This document shows, piece by piece, positions 17,447 to 29,097 of a DNA stretch of 64,000 nt (its first letter is position 1; each line of letters starts with the position of its first letter). Source of the stretch: an uncultured Chthonomonadaceae bacterium (GTDB lineage: Bacteria > Armatimonadota > Chthonomonadetes > Chthonomonadales > Chthonomonadaceae); NCBI GenBank assembly GCA_963817895.1, contig CAWFQB010000006.1, positions 370,511-434,510 of the forward strand, written 5' to 3'. Made by a program: the position numbers and the translations under genes. Under the pieces are notes generated by a model, which made no database searches, was not told where the DNA came from, and was given only the letters and a program-made list of their open reading frames with translations.

Positions 17447-17669
17447 GGCAACAAACCTTTTAAGGAAAGCAACTGGCCCAGCTTGCAACCGCTTCGCATA
17501 AGATTCACTTGGATTTCATGTCTTTTGGTTACGTCAGGCGAAAAAACATGCAATTTGATGCTATTCCGATGAAGTAAAGTTTTTCGGTACTGCTCGGAAA
17601 GTTGATCCGCCAGTTATTCGATGGCTTCCAGTGTCGGTGTCATAAGTCCTGCTGTGTCGAAATCTCAGA

Positions 17670-17713
17670 AAATCGCAACTCCCCCTTCATTTATGAAGGG
17701 GGAGTTGCGATTT
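17670..17713 (-). terminator. Terminator-like hairpin after atpC
   Basis: Perfect 21-bp inverted repeat AAATCGCAACTCCCCCTTCAT / ATGAAGGGGGAGTTGCGATTT, 8 bp after the atpC stop. Confidence 0.85.
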
Positions 17714-17721
17714 GAACTCTG

Positions 17722-18129
17722 CTAATGCGACATCTGCGCGATGCGGATGCGGTTGAGCGCGCTTTCCAAATCCTCGCGCAGTTTCTCGGCTTCCGCGCTG
17801 TTGCCCGGAACGTCCAATGCCTGCCTCATGCGCGCCACTTCCGCCTGTTCGCGGGCCAGATCAATCTCGCTCACCCGCTGCGCCGAATCCGCAAGGATAA
17901 TCACCTTTTCGCGGCTCACCTGCATAAAACCGCCGCCCGTCGCGATTAACTCTTCGCTGCCATTGGCGAGCGTGATTTTAATCAATCCCACCGTAAGCTG
18001 CGTGAGCAGGGGCGCGTGTCCCGCCAGTACGCCGAATGAGCCGTCAATACCCGGCGCGCGCACCGCCTGCACCTCTTCAGAAAACAACAGCCGCTCCGGC
18101 GTCACCAATTCGAGCGGAAAAGTAGCCAT
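17722..18129 (-). CDS. atpC: F0F1 ATP synthase epsilon subunit
   Basis: LELVTPER, GSFGVLAGHAPL and GGFMQV motifs. Directly downstream of atpD. Confidence 0.97.
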   Translation of the reverse strand: MATFPLELVTPERLLFSEEVQAVRAPGIDGSFGVLAGHAPLLTQLTVGLIKITLANGSEELIATGGGFMQVSREKVIILADSAQRVSEIDLAREQAEVARMRQALDVPGNSAEAEKLREDLESALNRIRIAQMSH

Positions 18130-18142
18130 GTTCATCTCCAAA

Positions 18143-18253
18143 AGGTGTCAGGTGTCAGGTATCAGGTTTCAGGAAAGACCTCTTACTTGCGAACTGTCGC
18201 CGCAAAGTAGAGGATGATGTTTCTGACACCTGACACCTGACACCTGACACCTG
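18143..18253. repeat. Inverted heptamer tandem repeats (AGGTGTC)n / (CTGACAC)n, STRR-like
   Basis: Runs at 18143-18172 and 18223-18253 in the atpD-atpC spacer. Confidence 0.9.
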
Positions 18254-18254
18254 C

Positions 18255-19682
<1,428 letters not shown>

Positions 19683-19871
19683 TTATGCGCCAACACCCCG
19701 CGTATTCGCCCTTCCGACATTGCGCAAATCTTCACAAACTGCGCTGTTGTCCTTCGGAAGGCGAACGGCAAGGGGAAATCATACACTATTTTAGCAGGTT
19801 TCGTATGCCAAATGCAAGGGGATTCGAGGCGCGTCGTCTAAATACTGCTGCTTGCCGCAAGCGCGGCTATG

Positions 19872-21110
19872 TCAGGGTTGTGGACACTCCCGGTCAATGA
19901 CCGTGAATATCTGCTGCATTTGCCGCTCGACGTTGTAGAATTTTTCGCAGGAAGCGCGGGCCGCCAGTCCCAACTTGCGGCGCAGCGTGGTATCGGTAAT
20001 CAGGGTTTCCAGTCGCGCCTGCAAATCGTCGCCATCCCCTGATTTTGCCAGCAGCCCCGTTTCGCCATCCTGAATCAGTTCGGGAATGCCGCCCACCGCG
20101 CCCACAAGCACGGGCAGGCCGCTCGCCATCGCTTCCAGCGAGGCGATACTGCTGCCGTCCGCCTGCGTGGGCAGGCAAAATATGTCCGCCTGCCCGTACA
20201 GGCTCATCAATTCGGGCGTGTTCGCCCGGACACCGCAATGGATACGAACATTGGGCAGGCGCGGGGCGAGACTCGCGCAGACGGTCGCATCGGGCGCGGG
20301 ATTTTGCAGCCGCTCTTTGACCCACTCCGGCAAATCGCCCGGCCAGGTTACAATATCGAGTTCCCAGTTGGTCAATTTGGTGCGCTCGGCCCATTCGAGC
20401 AACAGCAGCCCGCCTTTGCGCAGGAATTCGCCCCCGACCATTAAAATTCGCGCCGGGGCGTTGGTGGAACGGGCGGCTCTGTCCACAAACGGCCAGCGGT
20501 TCAGATTGGCTCCGGGCAGGGTGACGTGAACCCGCTCCCGTTTCAAATGATAATCGGCGCACAGCCCCTGCGCGGCCCATTCCGACATGGCGAAAACGCC
20601 CCTGCCGGATTGATACAATCGGGCTTTGAGCCGTGTTTGCAGACCGGTATAAACAGGATTTTTAAGCTGATGGTTGTACCAGGGCGCGAGGGCGAGTTTC
20701 AGGGATGGGGAAAAGTCCAGATAGAAATAGCAGGGGTGTTGCCGTGTCATGGGCAGAAAGTTCAGTTGTTCGCCCGCGATAAACAGCGCCTGCCAGTCCT
20801 CACATCGCGCCACGCCCTGCTGCGCGTGCCACAGCGTGTGGCGACCGTAACGCAGGTTGTGCGGCAGCCACTGAAGGTTGGCAAGCGCGTCGGTGGAATC
20901 GCGGCCATACAGCGCGATCCACTCCGCCCGGTCCGCATACGCGGGCGGCAAGCACTCCTGAAAGTTGGTGAATTGCGCGGCGTGTCCATGCCCCATCAGA
21001 AACATAAAGCCAATCTTCGGTTGGGTCGTGCCGGTCATCAAAGCCATATCTGGTTCATACCCCGTGCCGAAACAGGCCGCATCGCAACTGTCGAACGTCA
21101 CCATTTCCAT
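19872..21110 (-). CDS. Glycosyltransferase family 4
   Basis: ADIFCLPT...LEAMASGLPV..VGGIPELI. Confidence 0.9.
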   Translation of the reverse strand: MEMVTFDSCDAACFGTGYEPDMALMTGTTQPKIGFMFLMGHGHAAQFTNFQECLPPAYADRAEWIALYGRDSTDALANLQWLPHNLRYGRHTLWHAQQGVARCEDWQALFIAGEQLNFLPMTRQHPCYFYLDFSPSLKLALAPWYNHQLKNPVYTGLQTRLKARLYQSGRGVFAMSEWAAQGLCADYHLKRERVHVTLPGANLNRWPFVDRAARSTNAPARILMVGGEFLRKGGLLLLEWAERTKLTNWELDIVTWPGDLPEWVKERLQNPAPDATVCASLAPRLPNVRIHCGVRANTPELMSLYGQADIFCLPTQADGSSIASLEAMASGLPVLVGAVGGIPELIQDGETGLLAKSGDGDDLQARLETLITDTTLRRKLGLAARASCEKFYNVERQMQQIFTVIDRECPQP

Positions 21111-21206
21111 AGTCGAATGATATTAGAGGGAATTACCCATTGTTTGTTACGCGCAGAAGGGGCGCGGCGTTCGGCAATATCGGTGATTGCGCCTCACCCC
21201 AACCCC

Positions 21207-22427
21207 TTAAAAGCGGCGCGGCCCCAATGATTTCCGTCGCGCAATAGCGCGCGCGTAACCCGCTTCCTGAAGCTCGGCAACCCGTTCTACGTTGTACATA
21301 TCGAGTACGCGCTGTCTCGCCATCTGCCCCAACGAAATACGCAGCGCGGGGTTTTGCAGCAATTCCACAACGGCAGACGCGATTTCCGTGGGACATTTGG
21401 GCGCGGTCAGGCGTCCGGCTTTGCCGCCGTCCAGCATTTCCGCCATGCCGCCTGCGCTGCTGCCCACCACGCCGCGCGCCGCCGACATAGATTCGAGGCA
21501 CACCAGCGGGAAATTCTCCCACAGACTGGGGAACACGCAAATGTCGGTTTCGGCAAGCATCTGCGGAATACTGTCCAGCGGCACTTTGCCCGCGAATTCA
21601 CAACTGGCTGCGGCAGTAGACAATTCGCGTTTCAGGTACTGCTCCATATTCAGGGCGGGATCGGGCGACGCCTGCGCTTCGCCCACAAAGCGGAACTTCG
21701 CGTGGGGACACTGTTTGAGTACCAGTGGAATGGCGCGTCCCAGATCCACAACGCCCTTGCGCACTTCCAACCGGCCCATAAACGTGACCCGGTTGGTAAC
21801 GGTGTCGCCGGGAATAGCGAGCATGGCCGGGGCGGGCGTGTAGGGGTAGGGGATGGCGACCACGCGGGAACGGTCCAGTTTCCATTCGCGGGTCATCATG
21901 TCCGCCAGCGATTGCGAAGGCGAAACCACTTCATCGGCTTGCAGGGCATGGACATGTTCCCAATCCCGCATCGGCATGTTGGGGAAAACGGACTGCGCGC
22001 GCCGACGCGCCACCCCAAGCAGCGTTCGGCTCTGACTCAACCAGCCCTGTTCCATGCGCCCCAACGCCCCGCACAGATAAAACGGCGTGTGCAGCTTGAC
22101 GACAAGCGGAATATCCGGCACAAGGCGAACCGCTTCCAGCGCGTCGGCGCGAAATTCCGGGCCTTCCAGAACGTCGAAGCGTATCTGCGCGTGTCTTTGC
22201 GCGAACGCGGTTCCCGCATTGCGGGTAAAAAGCCCCTCCTGCATCGGGATACGGTGTACCACAATGCCGTCTTCGCAATGCGTTTTTTTCTCGCCGTTCG
22301 TGCCGGCAAATACCTCGACCAGATGCCCGCGTCCTGCCAGCATCCGCGCCGCCTGCCGCACATACGTGGCGATGCCGCCATACGCGGTTTCCGGCGGATA
22401 TTCCAAACTGATCAACGCGATATTCAT
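21207..22427 (-). CDS. Glycosyltransferase family 4
   Basis: EYPPE..GGIATY, GRLEVRKG and PSLWENFPLVCLESM motifs. Confidence 0.93.
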   Translation of the reverse strand: MNIALISLEYPPETAYGGIATYVRQAARMLAGRGHLVEVFAGTNGEKKTHCEDGIVVHRIPMQEGLFTRNAGTAFAQRHAQIRFDVLEGPEFRADALEAVRLVPDIPLVVKLHTPFYLCGALGRMEQGWLSQSRTLLGVARRRAQSVFPNMPMRDWEHVHALQADEVVSPSQSLADMMTREWKLDRSRVVAIPYPYTPAPAMLAIPGDTVTNRVTFMGRLEVRKGVVDLGRAIPLVLKQCPHAKFRFVGEAQASPDPALNMEQYLKRELSTAAASCEFAGKVPLDSIPQMLAETDICVFPSLWENFPLVCLESMSAARGVVGSSAGGMAEMLDGGKAGRLTAPKCPTEIASAVVELLQNPALRISLGQMARQRVLDMYNVERVAELQEAGYARAIARRKSLGPRRF

Positions 22428-22594
22428 AAGACGACTTTCAGGCAATCAGGATATGTCGGTTACTAAGAGCCTCTCCCAATAGGCGATTGCATTTGCGTCC
22501 GAAGGACGCTTGGCCGCAGGCCACTCAGACGGGTACGTTCTCTGTACCCGGCCTATTGGGAGAGGCTCTAAGCAAGGACTTACGCCGTAGCGCG

Positions 22595-23527
22595 CTAAAC
22601 ACGCGAAAAGTAGCGCAAATGGAGTGCGCGAAAATAGTGAATCAGGGCGTGTTTGACGTGTTGCAGGGTCAGCGGCAGATTTTTCTGGGACGCGGCATCC
22701 CGCGCCCACCGGCGTCGCCCGCTGTATAAACCCTGTTCATGGTTCCACCCGCCGGATCGCGCCATTCGCCTGCGCTCGGTGTCCAATTGCGGCGATTCCA
22801 TCAATTTGCGATAAAAGGCGCGCTCGCCCCGTTTCATCTTGCCGGATTGTTTGGAAGCGTTGTTCCCGTGCATCCGGTAGCGGAGCGTGACGCGGGGAAC
22901 GGTCAGAATGGGGCCATGCAATGTGAGACGCGCCCATATATCCCAATCGTCGGCAGGGGCAACGGCCTGATCCCACGGACCAATCTGCTCCAAACATTCG
23001 CGCCGTATCAGCACCATGCCGGGGGAGATGATCGGATTCTGGCAAACGATCACATCATACGTAATCGTCTCATTCGCCGCGCAGTGTTCGATTTTTCCGG
23101 CCCGCGTTCGCTCCATTTGCCACGCGGTGGGCGCGTCGTTAAGAAACGCGCCGTCAGCGTCTATGTTGCGGCAAAATCCGGCTGCCGCCGTCGCGCCCGG
23201 ATGTTTTTTAAGCGCGTCACACAGAATTTCCAGCGCGTCCGGTTCCCAGGTGTCGTCGTTGTCCAGAAAGATGATGTATTCCGCTTCAGGGTCGCTTTCC
23301 TGCCAACCCCGGTTGCGGGCGGCGGCCACGCCGCCGTTCGGCTGCGTGACCGCGCGGATACGCCGGTCCTGTTCCGCAAACCGGCGCATGATTTGCGGCG
23401 TGTCGTCGGTGGAACCATCATCCACAATCACGAGTTCCCATTCGGAAACCGATTGCGCGAGGACGCTTTCCACGGTTTGCGCGAGAAACCGTTCCGAGTT
23501 GTAAGCGGGTATAACGATGGAAATCAT
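22595..23527 (-). CDS. Glycosyltransferase family 2
   Basis: ISIVIPAYN, VDDGSTD and FLDNDD motifs. Confidence 0.93.
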   Translation of the reverse strand: MISIVIPAYNSERFLAQTVESVLAQSVSEWELVIVDDGSTDDTPQIMRRFAEQDRRIRAVTQPNGGVAAARNRGWQESDPEAEYIIFLDNDDTWEPDALEILCDALKKHPGATAAAGFCRNIDADGAFLNDAPTAWQMERTRAGKIEHCAANETITYDVIVCQNPIISPGMVLIRRECLEQIGPWDQAVAPADDWDIWARLTLHGPILTVPRVTLRYRMHGNNASKQSGKMKRGERAFYRKLMESPQLDTERRRMARSGGWNHEQGLYSGRRRWARDAASQKNLPLTLQHVKHALIHYFRALHLRYFSRV

Positions 23528-23535
23528 GTGTTGTT

Positions 23536-24456
23536 CTATGCGCCACTTCGCCGCTGAAGCAGTCCCTGTTTGTCCACGCAGAACTCGCGGACACACTCCT
23601 GATACGCCTTATCGAAGGCAAGTACCCGCCGCGCCGCAATCGGATAGCGATGCGGACGGCTAAGATTGCGCTGAATTTTGCCCTCGCCAAGCGTGATGCT
23701 GCGCCATTCCGCGCCGCGCGGATCGCCAAGCAGCGTCAGTTTCGCGGCCATCGCGCCATTGCCCCGCGCATAATTTGTAGAGTTCTTCATTAAATTGCGC
23801 AACCCCAGGCGCGTGCCATAAGTATGATTCACGATGCTGCGATTTGTGGACAGCATCCGCAAATGCGCGCGCTCCATGCGAAAACCAAAATCAACATCAT
23901 CGGCAACGGGAAAATGCGCGCCCGGTCCCAGAAACGTATCGAACGGCCCCACCTGTTCATACGTTTCACGACGCAGGGCGAAATTGCCTCCCACCCATCC
24001 CCAGCCTTTGGGCGGTTTTGCAAAGGTCTGGGCGGGATCATACACCACCTCATCGGGCAGCACCTGCGGACAACTCCCAATCTGCCACGCAGGACGCGGG
24101 GGAGCCACGAGCGCGCCGCCCACCAGTCCAACATCGGAATACGTTTCAAAACACTCCAAAACCACGCTGATCCAGTCCTCCTGCGCCTCGCAATCGTCGT
24201 CCGTAAACAGCGCAATCGGGTATTTGGCCGCCGCCATACCCGCGTTACGGGCCAGACTCAGGCCACTTTCCCGCAAATGCAAAAATCGTATGCGCGTATC
24301 GGGATGCCCTCTGTCCACAAAGGCTTTCAGTTCAGGATTGCTGCCCTGCGCGACCACGATCATCTCCCAGTCGGTGTAGGTCTGCCTGCAAATCGAAGCA
24401 AGGGTGTCGCTCAGATGCGTGGCCCTAACGGTTGGAATAATAACGGAAACAGGCAT
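23536..24456 (-). CDS. Glycosyltransferase family 2
   Basis: VSVIIPT, GLSLARNAG and FTDDDC motifs. Paralogue of the upstream GT2. Confidence 0.92.
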   Translation of the reverse strand: MPVSVIIPTVRATHLSDTLASICRQTYTDWEMIVVAQGSNPELKAFVDRGHPDTRIRFLHLRESGLSLARNAGMAAAKYPIALFTDDDCEAQEDWISVVLECFETYSDVGLVGGALVAPPRPAWQIGSCPQVLPDEVVYDPAQTFAKPPKGWGWVGGNFALRRETYEQVGPFDTFLGPGAHFPVADDVDFGFRMERAHLRMLSTNRSIVNHTYGTRLGLRNLMKNSTNYARGNGAMAAKLTLLGDPRGAEWRSITLGEGKIQRNLSRPHRYPIAARRVLAFDKAYQECVREFCVDKQGLLQRRSGA

Positions 24457-24480
24457 GTTGGTTCTCAATCCTCAATTTCT

Positions 24481-25401
24481 TCAGTCGCAGGGCTGCAGCA
24501 GGCCGTGTTCGTTGACCCGGAAATGGGTGACGCACTCGCGGTACGCTTCCCGAAAGCGCCTCATGCGATGGATGGCGAAAGGCAGGCGGTGCGGGCGCAG
24601 GGTTTGCAGCGATTCGAGCCACCATTGCCCCGCCGTTTGCCGCAGCCATTGTTCGCCGCGCGGGTCGCCCATCAGCGTTAGTTTGCCGGCAACCGCCCCA
24701 TTGCCCCGCGCATACGCCCGCGACATTTGCATCACCGCCTTCATGCCATAGCGGACGCCATACGTGTGCGTGACAACCGAACGGGAGGTCACGGCCATTT
24801 TTATCTTCGCGCTTTCCAGTCGCAGCCGCCAGTCGGTATCCTCGCCCGCGCTGAAATGGCTGCCTGTGCCGAGATACGGATCGAAATCGCCAATTCTTTG
24901 CGCCAGTTCGCGCCTTACGGCCACATTTGCCGTGATAAAGTCCCACCCTTTTGGCGGATGGTGCAGACTCAGGGCCGGGTCGTACACGCTGTCGCCGGGT
25001 TCCAGCAGGGGACACATGTGGATACGGCGCTGCGTGGCAGGCGGCATACGCACCGCGCCGCCCACAACGCCGATTTCCGGCTGTTCCGCGAACATCTCCG
25101 CGATCACCTCCAGCCAGTCCTCCTGCGCCTCACAATCATCATCCATCATGGCGATAATGTCGCCGTCCGCGCCCGTCACGCCTGCCGTGCGGGCGTGACT
25201 GACGCCGTATTGAGGCATACGAAGGACGCGGATGCGCGGGTCGTTGTGGCCGGCCTGCGCAACCGTCGCTTCGAGCGTGGGATATGGGCCTTGCGCCACA
25301 ATGGTCAATACCCAGTCCGGCCATGTCTGCCGTAAAACGGAGCGAATGGCAAAGGGCAGGGTATCCGGGCGAATACTTGGCACGAAGACGGAAATTCTCA
25401 T
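24481..25401 (-). CDS. Glycosyltransferase family 2
   Basis: ISVFVPS, MMDDDC and GEDTD motifs. Confidence 0.92.
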   Translation of the reverse strand: MRISVFVPSIRPDTLPFAIRSVLRQTWPDWVLTIVAQGPYPTLEATVAQAGHNDPRIRVLRMPQYGVSHARTAGVTGADGDIIAMMDDDCEAQEDWLEVIAEMFAEQPEIGVVGGAVRMPPATQRRIHMCPLLEPGDSVYDPALSLHHPPKGWDFITANVAVRRELAQRIGDFDPYLGTGSHFSAGEDTDWRLRLESAKIKMAVTSRSVVTHTYGVRYGMKAVMQMSRAYARGNGAVAGKLTLMGDPRGEQWLRQTAGQWWLESLQTLRPHRLPFAIHRMRRFREAYRECVTHFRVNEHGLLQPCD

Positions 25402-25562
25402 CGTGCTTACATTATACGCAAATTCGGCGTTAATTTGCAGGTTAGACGAAACAAAACCGCTATGTTCTTCTGTTGCGCAGAGGCCATAGCGGTTTTGCAG
25501 CCGCAACCCGGCTGAGTCATCGCCGGTTGGTAGCATATTCCTCGCTACCAACCAGCAACTCC

Positions 25563-26783
25563 TCACGGGTTCAGCGTCAGTTTCACATTCTTCAAGCCCC
25601 AGCTCTCATCCGACTTATCCTGAGTCTGATTGGACGTAAAGTTGAAAAGGATGGTGGACGCGGTGTGCGGGAACGTATATTTCAGATGGTACACTGCGTC
25701 TGTAATGCCGCCCTGAAAGGTATATCCAAGCGTATCCATTTCCGCCGCGCCTGTTTGTAAGGGGTGTTCGCCACCCGGAAACGAGTCAGGGAACGCCTGG
25801 AAGAAGCCCTGCGCGAAGCCGGGGTGGTTGCTTGCCAGGCTGGAAGTGATGTTGGAGAACGTTGTGTGCAGAAGCGTGGGACCGCCATTGACCGACAAAT
25901 CCCAGATATCCGGGCCAACCCCACCCACCGTCGCGCTGCCATCCATGCTGCGCAGGATAAACAGATCGAACTCCATAGTGGCTGTGGTGTGCGCCGCCAG
26001 GTCCTTCAAGTTCAGCTTCACGGTTCCCGCGCCGAACTGGCCGAGGAAGGGCGTTGCCGCATGTTTCGCGGTTCCCGGCGTGGTTTCCGTGTGCGTATCC
26101 GACCATTCCGAGCCGGCGCCATTGGAGAAATCGTTGGCATAAACGACTGTGCTGCCCGTCGCGCCGCCCGTGCCACCGGAACCGCCCGCGCCTCCTGTGC
26201 TGCCAGGATCGCCGCCCAACCCGGAACCGCCCGGATTGCTGCCGCTGCTGCTCCCAACCGCCGTTACCGTGATGGGAACCTGCGCGACGACATGAGAACT
26301 ACCTTCAAGCGCGGTGATAACGACGGTACCCGCGCTGACGCCGGAGATGGTAGCTGTGGCGCCCTGCGAAGTGAGAACGGCCACGCCCGGATTGCTGCTC
26401 GTCCATTTCCAGTTTTCAGGCGGAACCACAATAGGGTTGCCAACCGAGTCCGTGCCGAGCGCAGTGAGCGTAATGCGGCGGTTGACTTCCAGAGAAGCGC
26501 CCGCCGGGGAAATATTCACGACGGACACGGTCGCGCTTGTGGGGGTTGCTCCTCCGGTTCCGCCAGACGCTCCCGCCCCAGACTCGACGCCGGGACCGGT
26601 ATTGCTCTGGCTGAACGTTGGGCTGACAATGGGCGTGGCAACGCTAACCGCTCCGTTGCTGGAACCGGTAGTGCCGGTAGTGCCGGTTCCGCCCGTTGTT
26701 ACCGGCTTACTGCTGCCGCCACCGCCGCAGCCGCTCAACAGCGACAGACACAAAAATGCCAATACAGGCTTCACTGTTCGCAT
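25563..26783 (-). CDS. Lipoprotein with Ig-like (Big_2) domain and Gly/Thr-rich linkers
   Basis: Lipobox LSGC, WTSSNPGVA Ig motif, C-terminal beta domain ending DESWGL. Confidence 0.85.
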   Translation of the reverse strand: MRTVKPVLAFLCLSLLSGCGGGGSSKPVTTGGTGTTGTTGSSNGAVSVATPIVSPTFSQSNTGPGVESGAGASGGTGGATPTSATVSVVNISPAGASLEVNRRITLTALGTDSVGNPIVVPPENWKWTSSNPGVAVLTSQGATATISGVSAGTVVITALEGSSHVVAQVPITVTAVGSSSGSNPGGSGLGGDPGSTGGAGGSGGTGGATGSTVVYANDFSNGAGSEWSDTHTETTPGTAKHAATPFLGQFGAGTVKLNLKDLAAHTTATMEFDLFILRSMDGSATVGGVGPDIWDLSVNGGPTLLHTTFSNITSSLASNHPGFAQGFFQAFPDSFPGGEHPLQTGAAEMDTLGYTFQGGITDAVYHLKYTFPHTASTILFNFTSNQTQDKSDESWGLKNVKLTLNP

Positions 26784-27304
26784 GAAGTCCCTCCTCTAAG
26801 GAAAACATAAAATTTGGACAACAGAAATGTTACTGCCGGATGCCAAAGGTGAATGATACAGGGAGATGACGCGCAAATGCCATGAGCATTGAGAATGGCC
26901 GTCGGCAACACAGGAAGCAGAAAGGGGCTTGTGTTCTAATACCGCCGGCGGGGGCAGCTCAATGCAAATCAACCAGTCATACGGTCGTTACGCGCAATTA
27001 GACGAATGATTCCTTTCCAATGTTCCCCTTTGCTATCTATTGCGCGACAAATAGTTGATAGTCCCATAGATATGCGGGGGCGTACACAAACAGGATGGAG
27101 GAAGCGCGCGCCGTAAATAGCGGGTAGGGGAGGATGAAATTAATCCCGCGTGAAAAAATAGTTGCATCAGGAAGAGGATTCATGCAGGGTTTCGTAAGGA
27201 AATGTCAAAGTGTACTGTGAGTGGTGATCGCGCCGCGAACGTTATAGCGAGAATTGTAAAATTCGCTATTCGCGGCACATTCCGGTTAAGAAGGAGAGAA
27301 ACCC

Positions 27305-28021
27305 ATGCCCAATCCGATAGTTGCCATCAGCGTTGATTGCGTGTGCGCCGGCAGCGGCAAATGTTATGTTTCCGAACTTGTGTCCGTGACCGAACAGGCC
27401 AATGTACCCTGCACCTGGCTGCTGGGCGTCAGCGAACACGATCCGATGTCCAACCTCACCCTCTACTACAACGAGTATTTCCACCGCATCCCCTCCTGGC
27501 ATGAACTCGGTCTGCACGTCACATTCGATACGGGAACTTCCAACACAGTTGCGCGCGGCGATCTGATTCGCGTGGGCAAAGACCTGCTCAAACAGCACCG
27601 GATCAAGCCAACCGCTTTTCGCGCCGCGAACGGCGATCTGGAAGCGGGTGACCTGCGCGCGCTGGAAGACTGCGGCATCCTGGTGGACAGCACCCCCGGA
27701 TCAAGCGCGGGCCGTCCCCTGAGCGCGCCCAAATCGCCCTATCATCCCTCCTATACCAATGTGCATGAGGCCGGGGACGCGAAATTGTGGGTTGTGCCTG
27801 TCGCCAATGTGAACGGGGCGCGGGGCTACATTGACGAAGGATTCGACCGGATAAAGCCCGTCATCGAGGCCAGCCTGTCACAGGCCGCCGACACGCCCAT
27901 CTTGAGCCTCGCGCTTTGCGACTGCGTAGACAACGCGGATAACCTGCGCCATGTCCTCAGCTACTTGAAGCAGAGAAACGCCCGCTTCGTCACCCTGACG
28001 CAACTGGCAATGGAACTCTAA
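27305..28021 (+). CDS. Polysaccharide deacetylase-like (NodB-fold) protein
   Basis: ISVD, HELGLH, PTAFRA, ILVDST and PYHP motifs. AGGAG RBS. Confidence 0.7.
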   Translation: MPNPIVAISVDCVCAGSGKCYVSELVSVTEQANVPCTWLLGVSEHDPMSNLTLYYNEYFHRIPSWHELGLHVTFDTGTSNTVARGDLIRVGKDLLKQHRIKPTAFRAANGDLEAGDLRALEDCGILVDSTPGSSAGRPLSAPKSPYHPSYTNVHEAGDAKLWVVPVANVNGARGYIDEGFDRIKPVIEASLSQAADTPILSLALCDCVDNADNLRHVLSYLKQRNARFVTLTQLAMEL

Positions 28022-28040
28022 AAACACCGACATCCAATGC

Positions 28041-28232
28041 AATAGACAGATTTTCAGGATTAAGCAGGATTTTTCAAGAGGTCGTTAGATCGTTTCGGTT
28101 CCATGTAGCAGTCGTTCCATAGGGGAGCAAGCCCCGTTCGACTTCAGTACATGTTCAGCAACAGGCCTGTATAGTTCGTTGCTCCAAAAATAATCCTGTT
28201 TAATCCTGAAAATCTTGTTAATCCTGTCTATT
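28041..28232. repeat. Inverted (AATCCTG)-type short-repeat element
   Basis: TAGACAG..CAGGATT runs on the left and AATCCTG..CTGTCTA runs on the right. Same family recurs at about 40567-40606. Confidence 0.75.
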
Positions 28233-28262
28233 TCTTCATGATTTTCTTTGGGAGGTTTGCGC

Positions 28263-29007
28263 GTGACGGACGAGAAACGAGTGGCGGTGGTGACGGGGGC
28301 GAGCAGCGGCATCGGGGCGGCGACGGCGATTGCGCTACGCGGGGCGGGCTTCGAGGTGGTGATGGGCGCGCGGCGCGTGGACAAGATGCGCGAGATTGCC
28401 GAGCCGATAGGGGCGAGGTTTCTGCCGCTGGATGTGACCGATCTGAATTCTATAAAAGCGTTTTGCGCGGCATTGCCACAGGTTCATGTCTTGATCAACA
28501 ACGCGGGCGGAGCGTTGGGACTGGACACGATTGCGCAGGCAAAAGACGAGGACTGGCAGCGCATGTACGATACCAATGTACTCGGCCTGATGCGAATCAC
28601 GCGGGAACTTCTGCCCGAAACTGGAAGCGTCCGGGGCAGGGCATGTGGTCAACATCGGCAGCGTCGCGGGGCGCGATCCGTATCCGGGAGGGGCGGGCTA
28701 CAACGCTGTGAAATTCGCGGTCAACGCCATAACCAAAGTAATGCGGCTGGAACTGGTCGGCAAGCCCATTCGCATTACGGAAGTGGCTCCGGGCATGGTG
28801 GAAACCGAATTCAGCGAAGTGCGTTTCAGCGGCGACGCGGAGCGGGCGTCCAAAGTGTATCAGGGCTTACAGCCGCTGGTTGCCGAAGATATTGCCGACA
28901 TCATTCAATACGTGGTCACGCGCCCGCCGCACGTCAATATTGATGAGATTGTCGTGAAACCTCTGGCGCAGGCGTCGGCAACGGTCGCCGCCCGCAAACC
29001 ATCGTAG
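28263..29007 (+). CDS. SDR-family NAD(P)-dependent oxidoreductase (YdfG-like) with one frameshift near 28618
   Basis: TGASSGIG and NNAG in one frame. NIGS, YxxxK (YNAVK) and PGMVETEF in the next frame. Confidence 0.85.
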
Positions 29008-29097
29008 TTGTTTTAGCCGCGAATGAACGCGAATGAACGCGAATATATGTGGAATATCAGGCGGCAAATGTCGCGCGGAATGACAGGGCAATACTTG

